Assembly (NCBI GenBank): GCA_965237675.1 | Contig: OZ250150.1 | Coordinates: forward strand, 2,432,001 to 2,496,000 | DNA: 64,000 nucleotides | Source of the DNA: Candidatus Latescibacterota bacterium | Lineage (GTDB): Bacteria; Latescibacterota; UBA2968; GCA-2709665 | Direction: 5' to 3' | Shown here: positions 9,755 through 18,200 of the stretch, piece after piece | Numbering within the stretch: position 1 is the first letter of the stretch | Layout: every line of letters starts with the position of its first letter | Notes under the pieces: model-generated | Databases searched by the model: none | What the model saw: only the letters and a program-made list of their open reading frames with translations | What the model was told of the DNA's origin: nothing | Position numbers and translations under genes: made by a program

Positions 9755-11074
9755 TCACGCGTCGCCGGCCGGTTCATCACCGTCGTCCCCGGCCCTGTGC
9801 GTCACCCGTCCGCCGAGGATTGTCAGTACGGCTCTGCCCGTGAGGGTGTGCCCGTGAAAGGGCGTGTTCCGGGACCTGGAACGGAACGCGTGGGCGTCAA
9901 CGGTCCAGGTATGCGATGGATCGATGACGGAGACGTCTCCCTCCGCGCCGGGAGACAGGGTGCCGCAGGGTATCCCCAGGATCCGGGCCGGTGTCGCGGT
10001 GAGTTTGCGGATAACTTCGGATGCCGGAAGGATGCCGGGCTCAACCAGTTGGGTGAAAAAGGCTCCCACGGCGGTTTCCAGCCCCAGAATTCCGTTGGGC
10101 GCTTCGGGGAAGCGCTGGAGTTTTTCCAGAACGGTGTGCGGCGCGTGGTCTGTGGCAAGAACGTCTATGGTACCGTCGTCGAGGCCCTCCAGCAGGGCAT
10201 CGCGATCGTCGGACGAACGCAGGGGAGGGCTCATCTTGCCCTGGGTACCGTATACGCGCACGTCTTCGTCCGTGAGTGCGATGTGGTGCGGTGTGGCTTC
10301 GCAGGTAACGTCCAGACCCTCGGATTTGGCGCGGCGCACGAGATTCACGGCACGGCGAACACTAATGTGAAGGATGTGCAGGCGCCCACCCACCGAGCGC
10401 ACCAGGTTGATATCGCGCTCAACCATCGCGGCCTCACCCTCGGATGGCATGCCCCCGATACCCAGTTCGCGGGAGATGGCGCCTTCGTGCATGTGCCCGC
10501 CTCTTGTGAGCGCGAACACCTCGGTGTGCGGGCAGACTGGAAATCCGTGCCGCTCCGACCGGCGCAGGAGATCGCGCATGACGGCGCCGGACTCTATTGG
10601 CAGACCGTCGTCGGAGAATCCGACGGCGCCGGCATCCAGCAGGGCCTCGATCTTCGTGAGTTCACCGCCTTGCATCCCTTTTGTCGCGCAAGCGATCGGA
10701 TAGACTCGGGCATCCGCTTGTTCGGCCTTATTCAGGATGTATTCGATGGCTTCGGGGGTGTCGATTGGCGGGTCGGTATTGGGCAGGCAGGCGACTGCGG
10801 TAAACCCCCCGGCAGCCGCGGCCCGGCACCCGGTTTCCAGAGTTTCCTTCTCGGGAAACCCCGGATCCCGCAGGTGGACGTGCATGTCGATGAGCCCGGG
10901 GACGACCAGGTTTCCGGAAACGTCGATGACATGGGCGTCGGCCGGGGGTTCGATCCCTGCGGCAATACGGTCGATGCGGCCGCTCCTGATCAAAAGGTCG
11001 GCAGACGCATCGAGTGCGTTGGCGGGATCTAGGATCCGCCCGTTTTTAAGGAGAATCGGGGTGGCCTGGCTCAT
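9755..11074 (-). CDS. pyrC: Dihydroorotase (type I)
   Basis: DMHVHLRDPG, PNT.P, FSDDG, KMSPPLR, ATDHAPH, SRNTPF. Confidence 0.96.
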   Translation of the reverse strand: MSQATPILLKNGRILDPANALDASADLLIRSGRIDRIAAGIEPPADAHVIDVSGNLVVPGLIDMHVHLRDPGFPEKETLETGCRAAAAGGFTAVACLPNTDPPIDTPEAIEYILNKAEQADARVYPIACATKGMQGGELTKIEALLDAGAVGFSDDGLPIESGAVMRDLLRRSERHGFPVCPHTEVFALTRGGHMHEGAISRELGIGGMPSEGEAAMVERDINLVRSVGGRLHILHISVRRAVNLVRRAKSEGLDVTCEATPHHIALTDEDVRVYGTQGKMSPPLRSSDDRDALLEGLDDGTIDVLATDHAPHTVLEKLQRFPEAPNGILGLETAVGAFFTQLVEPGILPASEVIRKLTATPARILGIPCGTLSPGAEGDVSVIDPSHTWTVDAHAFRSRSRNTPFHGHTLTGRAVLTILGGRVTHRAGDDGDEPAGDA

Positions 11075-11113
11075 TAGAGGACGGGGTTGCGACGGTCAGG
11101 AATTTTGATTGCA

Positions 11114-11142
11114 AAGTTACCGGCGAGGGCCGTTTCTGTCAA
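11114..11142 (-). promoter_or_regulatory. Sigma70-type promoter for pyrC-carA
   Basis: Minus strand TTGACA-N17-TAACTT, 40 bp upstream of pyrC. Confidence 0.6.
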
Positions 11143-11182
11143 GCGGATTCCGTGTGAGAAAGGAGGATCGGCTTCGCGCGGC

Positions 11183-11211
11183 TTGCTGTTTCACAGGACC
11201 GTGCGTATCTT
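11183..11211 (+). promoter_or_regulatory. Possible divergent sigma70 promoter for the transglutaminase-like gene
   Basis: TTGCTG-N17-TATCTT. Confidence 0.4.
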
Positions 11212-11249
11212 TGCCTAAAATTGGCGTCGAATTCGAATGGAGGCTCACA

Positions 11250-12380
11250 ATGGTTTCGGTATTTCTGATAACGCCGGTTTTTCTGGCGGTGTTGCTGGTT
11301 CCCGCAGCGGCCATCGCGTCTGAACGGAACGATCCCGTCCCGCCCTTTCGTACGATGCCCGGACCGGAAGATCTGAAGATTTCATCGGATGAGGACAAGG
11401 CGTTCCTGGAGGAGGTGCTGCGCAGCATCTTCCCCGAAGGAACCGAGGGGCTGACGGCTGAGCAGAAGGGGATTGCGATTCTGCGTTACGCGTCATCGGC
11501 GCTTGAACTGAAAAACAACGGCGGATCCGCCACGAAGATAATCAGGGAGGGCTATGCGATCTGCGGCGGGCTCTCGCACGTGCACCGGGTTCTTTGCCGA
11601 ATGGTCGGGCTGCCTTCCCGGTATATCGGCGCGTTCAATCTCCGTCCGATCATGGGCAGCCATGCCATCAGCGAGGTGTATTACGAAGGGAAATGGCATT
11701 TGCTGGACCCGACGTTCGGTCTCTTCTTTTATTCGAAAAAGGAGTATGACGGCACGGGAGAAATCACGTCCTTCTACGATCTGGTGATGGCGCCTGACCA
11801 ATGGACGGCGTTCAAGGTGGTCGAACGTCCCTGGATCGGACGGTACGACGATACGGTGCGGGCGTATGGGGTTACGGCGGCGGAAGAGGATTATCTGAAG
11901 GATGTGTACAGGACGTCGATCCTGGAACTCTACGGGAAGTACGCGGCCGAGACATTTCCGATCGCCTACGGACATCGCGACCCGGTGTCCTATCCGGTGG
12001 ACGCGGACCTGAGGGAACGAGATGGGATGCGGGTTGGCGAGGTTGACGGGAATAACAGCGACGTGCTGAGACTGGTGACGAACGGGTCCGATTACGTGGG
12101 CGGCCACTACCTGGGCGGGTCGTATCCGCCCGGGTTTCATACCTGGTCGATCAGGACGCCGGGGCCGTGTTGTCTGCGGATCGAGTATTTCAGCACGCAG
12201 GACAACCCGCCCGGCCTCAAGCCGTCTCCTTTGAAGGCTGCGCGAATTGTCTCCGTTCACACCGAGGGGAGAAGGGTCGTTATCGACCTCCAGGCGATCG
12301 GGCCGGAGGTAATAGTGTCGGTCTATTGCCCGGAAGGTACCTTTGCCGTGGATGCCATTCGGGCTGTGCGGGTGCGCTGA
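11250..12380 (+). CDS. Secreted transglutaminase-like (Cys-His-Asp) domain protein
   Basis: GGAGG RBS before ATG 11250, signal peptide, AICGG...SHAISEVYYEGKWHLLDPT. Confidence 0.8.
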   Translation: MVSVFLITPVFLAVLLVPAAAIASERNDPVPPFRTMPGPEDLKISSDEDKAFLEEVLRSIFPEGTEGLTAEQKGIAILRYASSALELKNNGGSATKIIREGYAICGGLSHVHRVLCRMVGLPSRYIGAFNLRPIMGSHAISEVYYEGKWHLLDPTFGLFFYSKKEYDGTGEITSFYDLVMAPDQWTAFKVVERPWIGRYDDTVRAYGVTAAEEDYLKDVYRTSILELYGKYAAETFPIAYGHRDPVSYPVDADLRERDGMRVGEVDGNNSDVLRLVTNGSDYVGGHYLGGSYPPGFHTWSIRTPGPCCLRIEYFSTQDNPPGLKPSPLKAARIVSVHTEGRRVVIDLQAIGPEVIVSVYCPEGTFAVDAIRAVRVR

Positions 12381-12416
12381 ATAGACCCACCAGGCGACCT
12401 GCCGCGCCGGGACAGC

Positions 12417-12457
12417 GACCCCTCCCCCGGCCCCTCCCCGGCACGGGGAGGGGAGGG
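12417..12457. repeat. C-rich/G-rich palindromic REP-like element (may also act as a terminator)
   Basis: CCCCTCCCCG-GCA-CGGGGAGGGG hairpin preceded by GACCCCTCCCCC; related copy at 59917-59957. Confidence 0.65.
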
Positions 12458-12516
12458 ATGATCCGGTCCCGCGCCAGGATATGTCAAACGAACTCTTGTC
12501 ATAATGGAGTGCGAAA

Positions 12517-15027
12517 ATGATTCACATTTTGCGTGAGGAGCATCCCCGGCTGTATTGTCCGGTCGACGATCCGCAATACAGGTTCGAACTGCCGGGGGAT
12601 GAGGCGCGAAGACGAATTCTCGAAAACATCCTCGCGGATTGCGAGGGATATTATCCGCAGCGCCCATGGAAACGGATTCCGGAACGACCGGACAGTCCGC
12701 ATCCGTACCACCAGCTGTACCTGACGTTCTATACGGGGATGCACGCGACCGCCCTGATGGAGAACTATGCGTTCGCCTGGCGGCTGACGGGGGATCCGCG
12801 CTGGTTGAAACGGGCGAGGGATTGGTTGCGCGCGGCGGCGGGCTGGGAACACAGCGACCGGGTAGAGGAGCATTTCTATACGGCCAACCGGTATATGCAG
12901 GCGTTCGCGCTGGCGCTGGACCTGCTCGACGACGCGTTGCCCGAGCGGGAGAAAGAAATGGCGACCGCGTGCCTGGTTCGGCTGATGGACCGCTGGTGGC
13001 CGGACGTGGAGCGGTCCAGGTATTCGTCGGACGGACGACACCACGCCGTGGTGGACAACGGGCATTTCGGCGTGGCGGCCCTGCACTTGCTGGGAAAACA
13101 CCCCGATGCCGAAGCCTGGGTGGCGGCCGTTATCGACCGGTTTCGCAACGGGGTGATGCCCCACGGCTGCGGTCGGGACGGCGAGCCCGGCGACGGGCCC
13201 TCGTTCTGGCCGTGGGAGAATCTGTGGATGCTTCACTTTGCCGATGCGCTGAGAAATGTGACCGGCGAAGATCTCTATCGGGATTTTCCGAAGCGGCTGG
13301 AGCGGCCCTTGAAGTGGTTCCGGTATCACCTGGCGCCGCCGGAGGTGATCGAAGACAGGCTGTACTATCCGCAGAATTCAAACGTGATATCGGGCAGCCA
13401 GCTGGACGCGTGTTCAGTCACCCTGCTTCGCCTGGCGCAGGAGGCGGGGGACGCGGAGATGCGTGACGTTGCCGTCGCTGATCCCAGACTGGGGAGGCTC
13501 TACCGGTTCGGGATGGGCGTGAAGGGCACCACGGCGGAGTGCATGGTCGCGTACGGGCCGTATGCGTATTGCTATTGTGATCCGGAGTTCCGACCCACCC
13601 GTCGCAGGGCTGAATTGCCGCTCTCAAGGACGTTTATGCGGGCGCACTATGGCGAGACGGGGCTCTTGCGCAGCGGTTGGGGCGCGGACGCGGTCGTCTG
13701 CAGCGTGGCGGGATACAAGGGCGGGGGCGCGCACGGGTTTATGAACCTGCACGCGCAGTGGGCCGGATATCCGGTTTTTCAGTCGATCTCTGCGGACGAA
13801 GCGCAGCCGGTCGCCTGCGGGAGTCTTCCCTTCGTGGGCGGACAGAACGAGATCGTGGCCTTTCTGAGGCGGCTGCATTCCGCAGAGTGGTTCGACCGGT
13901 TACGGGTCCGGTCCATTCGAACGGATCATGAATACTGGCTGTTGAAGGGGGCGTCTCCAATCCTGGTGACGGCTTTGAGACGCCGGCGCCGCGGGGTGAA
14001 GTTGATGGGAAAAGAGGATGAGAGCTTCGCGCGATTGAACGGACGGGATTATCTGCAGTACGATCGGGGGCCGTACTTCAATCCCAGGGCGGGTGAATTG
14101 CGGATGCGTTTCCGGCTGAACGGCGAGAGCCGGGAAGACGGGCCAAAGGTTCTGTTCAATACGGGAATCGGCGTGGGACGCGTCATGGGAAGCCGGGTGA
14201 ACAACTATTCGCTGGCAATAATGGACGGGAAGGCACTGACATTTGTCGTGCAGAGCCAACGAAACACCTCCGTGGAGGTGGTGTCGCGGGTCAAGATCGA
14301 ATCCGGCAGGTGGCACGATGCGGCAATCCGATGGGGCGGCTTCAATCGGAAGGGCGACAATCCATTTATAGAGATCGAAGTGGATGGTCAACGGGAACGG
14401 TGCGACGACTCCGCGGTCTTCGGTGAACTGGGGGTGGATTCGCAGAACCTGGAGTCGCGTTCGGAACCCAGGACGTTTTTCATCAAGTCGAATACCGTGC
14501 TGGCCTTCGGCGGTGCGGTACAGATGCCGGGGACGGGGCTGAAATGCGACCTCGACATGGTGGACCTGAAGTGCCCGGGGCGAAAGCGGTTGAGATTGGA
14601 TTTCGAGAAGGAACTGGGCCCCGAAACCGGAAGCGGCGCGCTGGGATGGAAAATGAACCCGGTGGATCTGCGCGAAGTACGGCCGAATCTCGCACGGTTC
14701 GGTGCGGGGGAACGGACGATCGATGCATTACCCCTTTTTGGCGAGGATGTCCGATTTGAGCAGGAGGAAGTCCCCTTCGCGCCTGCCGGACTCGCGGCGG
14801 GGAGCCTGAAGAGCTTTGTCCCGGGAGGTCGGGATGCGAGCACGCGCGTGCGGCTGTCGACGTCTGGAGATGTCCTGGTGTTTGCTTTCGTAGACCGCCA
14901 GTTGGATACACGAGTCCTGCCTGGCGAAAACGGGTTTGAGATTGCCGCCGGGACAGAGCGGTACGCGTTCGACGTGAACGGGACGGGCGAGGAGATCCTC
15001 ACCCTCCATTCCGCCGAAACCGATTAG
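12517..15027 (+). CDS. Heparinase II/III- or oligoalginate-lyase-like protein (alpha-toroid plus beta domain) with an inserted LamG-like domain
   Basis: FAWRLTGDPRWLKRA..WL, LALDLLDDAL, DGEPGDG.SFW, LRNVTGEDLY, LLRSGW; LamG-like GRWHDAAIRW...IEVDG. No signal peptide. Confidence 0.6.
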   Translation: MIHILREEHPRLYCPVDDPQYRFELPGDEARRRILENILADCEGYYPQRPWKRIPERPDSPHPYHQLYLTFYTGMHATALMENYAFAWRLTGDPRWLKRARDWLRAAAGWEHSDRVEEHFYTANRYMQAFALALDLLDDALPEREKEMATACLVRLMDRWWPDVERSRYSSDGRHHAVVDNGHFGVAALHLLGKHPDAEAWVAAVIDRFRNGVMPHGCGRDGEPGDGPSFWPWENLWMLHFADALRNVTGEDLYRDFPKRLERPLKWFRYHLAPPEVIEDRLYYPQNSNVISGSQLDACSVTLLRLAQEAGDAEMRDVAVADPRLGRLYRFGMGVKGTTAECMVAYGPYAYCYCDPEFRPTRRRAELPLSRTFMRAHYGETGLLRSGWGADAVVCSVAGYKGGGAHGFMNLHAQWAGYPVFQSISADEAQPVACGSLPFVGGQNEIVAFLRRLHSAEWFDRLRVRSIRTDHEYWLLKGASPILVTALRRRRRGVKLMGKEDESFARLNGRDYLQYDRGPYFNPRAGELRMRFRLNGESREDGPKVLFNTGIGVGRVMGSRVNNYSLAIMDGKALTFVVQSQRNTSVEVVSRVKIESGRWHDAAIRWGGFNRKGDNPFIEIEVDGQRERCDDSAVFGELGVDSQNLESRSEPRTFFIKSNTVLAFGGAVQMPGTGLKCDLDMVDLKCPGRKRLRLDFEKELGPETGSGALGWKMNPVDLREVRPNLARFGAGERTIDALPLFGEDVRFEQEEVPFAPAGLAAGSLKSFVPGGRDASTRVRLSTSGDVLVFAFVDRQLDTRVLPGENGFEIAAGTERYAFDVNGTGEEILTLHSAETD

Positions 15028-15067
15028 CCGATAACATCTCGATACAAAAGTCAGAAGATTACAACCG

Positions 15068-15104
15068 AGGCCGCGTTTCTTACAGAACGAGAGCGGCCTT
15101 TTTT
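15068..15104 (+). terminator. Probable intrinsic terminator
   Basis: AGGCCGC...GCGGCCT stem followed by a T-tract, 40 bp after the stop at 15027. Confidence 0.5.
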
Positions 15105-15202
15105 CGTAAGGCAGAAACACAAGCGTAAATTGATGAAGCCAACTTTCGACTTGACCCGATTCGACGCGTACCTTATCTCTTTGAAAAAAGGAGCTACATC
15201 AT

Positions 15203-18200
15203 TTGGTTGCCTCCGAACAAAATAACGACGCCCCGGTGGCACCGCTTTCTGGATTGGTAAGTTTGGGTTCCAGTCTTCCGTATCGCTGTGTTTCGATCGA
15301 CCTCGAAGTCGGAAAACAGGACGGTCGCATCCGCGCCTTCGCCGCGGTTCGTCCGGATAAAGATCAGCCGTTGACCTTCAACGGCGGAAATCTGACATCG
15401 GCGTTGAAGGCGCTGGACCAATACGCTCATGGCGCGGAATTCATGCTCGGCCATAACCTGATTGCCTTCGATCTGCCCCATCTGACCGCGGCGAAATCTG
15501 ATCTCCGTCTGCTGAAGTTGCCCGCCTTGGATACGTTGAAACTGAACCCCCTTGCCTTTCCCCGGAATCCCTATCATCATCTCGTCAAGCACTATCAGGA
15601 CCCACAGCTCAAACGGGGGCGTATAAACGACCCGGAACTCGATGCACGCCTTGCGCTGAATCTTTTCCGTGACCAGTGGCACGCGTTGGAAGCGGTCGGT
15701 CAGAACGCCCCGGACCTGTTAGTGGCGTGGCATTGGCTCACCTCGTCTGCAGGTGCCGGGGCAGGTATCGACGCCTTTTCAGGAAATGAAGCGGCCGGCT
15801 TCGGCGCCTTTTTCTCCGTGCTGCGGCGTTCTCAACGACCGTCGGACGCCGAGGCGCGCGCAGCCATAGGCAGCCTGCTGAAGGGTAACGCGTGCCAGAA
15901 TCACGGTCAGGATGTCGTTCAGAATAGCGAGCAGGGCGCCTGGCCCCTTGCTTACGCCCTTGCCTGGTTGTCAGTTTCCGGGGGCAATTCGGTGATGCCG
16001 CCGTGGGTACGACATCAGTTCCCTGAAGCCGGCAAGCTGGTTCGCCGATTACGGGACAAGTCCTGCGGCCAGTCGGACTGCGAATGGTGCAGGGAGAGAC
16101 ACGACCCGCGCAAGGAACTCAAACGCTGGTTCGGCTTCGACGACTTTCGACCGGAACCGACGGACGAAAAGGGCCGCCCGATGCAGCAGGCCATCGTCGT
16201 GGCTGCGATGGCGGGTGAGCACGTTCTGGGCATTCTACCCACCGGCACGGGCAAGTCGCTCTGCTACCAGATTCCGGCATTGTCGCGCTATGACAAGACC
16301 GGCGCTCTCACGGTGGTCATTTCGCCCCTGGTCGCGCTCATGGCGGACCAGGTTGTGGGGCTGGAGGCGCGGGGAATCGGCTCCTGTGTGGCGATCAACG
16401 GCCTGTTGTCTATGCCTGAGCGCGCCGATGCGCTGGATCGTGTTCCGCTCGGGGACGCGGCCATTATCCTCGTCTCCCCCGAGCAACTCCGCTCTCGTTC
16501 CCTGCGAAGGGTACTGGATCAGCGCGAGATCGGCGCCTGGGTACTGGATGAGGCCCACTGTCTATCCAGGTGGGGGCACGACTTCCGGCCAGATTATCGC
16601 TACATTGGGCGCTTTATCCGCGAAAAGGCGGGAAAGGGGCCGATCCCGCCGGTACTGTGCCTGACCGCGACGGCCAAACCCGACGTCGTGGCAGACATAA
16701 AGCAGCATTTCCAGGACGAGCTTGGGGTTGAATTAAGCGTGTTCGACGGCGGGACCCGCCGCACGAATCTGGATTTCGTAGTCGTGCAGACGACCGAACC
16801 GGAGAAATTCGCGTACATATATCAGATATTGATCGCCGACCTGCCCCCGGAGACGCCGGGCGGTGCCATCGTTTATTGTGCAACGCGTCGTCAGACGGAA
16901 GAGGCGGCGCAGTTCCTGCAGCTTAAGGAAGTTGCGGCGGAGCACTTTCACGCCGGTCTGCCACCGGAGACGAAGAAGAGCGTGCAGCAACGTTTCATAG
17001 GGGGCGAATTGCGCGTGATAACGGCCACCAATGCCTTCGGCATGGGCATCGATAAATCCGACGTGCGGTTGGTGATACACGCCGACATTCCCGGTTCGCT
17101 GGAGAACTACATGCAGGAGTCGGGCCGTGCCGGACGAGACAGGAAGATGGCGCGCTGCGTGCTTCTCTATACGCCGGAAGACGTGGAGCGACAGTTCGGC
17201 ATGTCGGCATATTCGCGGCTCTCCCGGCGGGAGATCCACGGGGTCCTGAGAGCACTCCGAAACCTGGATCGGAAGAAGCGTTTTGGAGGTGAGGTCGTCG
17301 CCACCGCCGGTGAGATATTAGGCGAGGACGACGAAAAAGCATTCGAGCGGGACTCCGCCACAGACGATACCCGCGTGCGAACGGCCGTCTCCTGGCTCGA
17401 AGAAAGCGTACTGCTGACCAGGGAGGAGAATTGGGTTCAGGTATTTCCCTCGTCTCTCAGGGTGAGTTCAGTGGAGGAAGCGGGTACCAGGCTCGCAAAG
17501 CGAGAAATTTTGGACGAATATCGGCGGCAGCTGATGAAATTGGTCGAAGCTCTGATCGATGCCGATCCCGACGAAGGCATCTCAACCGACGAACTGATGG
17601 GTGTGTCCGGGCTGAGTGCGGAAGGCGTGCGAGGAGCCTTGTACGCCCTGGAGCGCCTGGGTATCGCCAGCAACGATACGGCGCTGACCGCCTTCGTCCA
17701 CGTAGGAGTGCCGCGCAACTCCCGGAAGCGCTTTGATGAGGCAATGGAATTGGAAACTGCGCTGATCGCACATATGCGCGAGGCAGCGGCGGATCTGAAC
17801 AAGGGAGACGCGTCGACACTGCACTTGCGCGTCGCCGCCCAAACCCTGAGAAACGCGGGAGTGGTTAATCCGTTGCCCGAATTCTTGTGGCGCATTCTCC
17901 GTAGTATCGCTGCCGATGGGCGGGGTGAAGGCGGCGACGCGGGCAGCCTGGGGGTACGACGGCGGGATACCGAGACGGTCCGCGTCGAATTGCGACGCGA
18001 GTGGTCTGACCTCGAGGAACTCGCGTCGCGCAGGCGCGACGGGGCAAAACTTTTGCTTGACCACTTGTTGTCATGCCTGCCCCCTAACAGTCGTGGCACG
18101 GACCTGCTTGCCGAGACCACCCTCGGTAAGCTGTTGGACGCGATCACGTCAGATATCGTTTTGAAAAGCAGAGTGAGGAACCCCGAGAAACTGTTGGATC

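Noticed and set aside
8550-11074. pyrC-carA without pyrB or carB
   Set aside because: Split pyrimidine operons are common; not notable.
15151-15179. Promoter TTGACC-N17-TATCTC for the RecQ-UvrD fusion
   Set aside because: The -10 box lacks the conserved final T; too weak to call.
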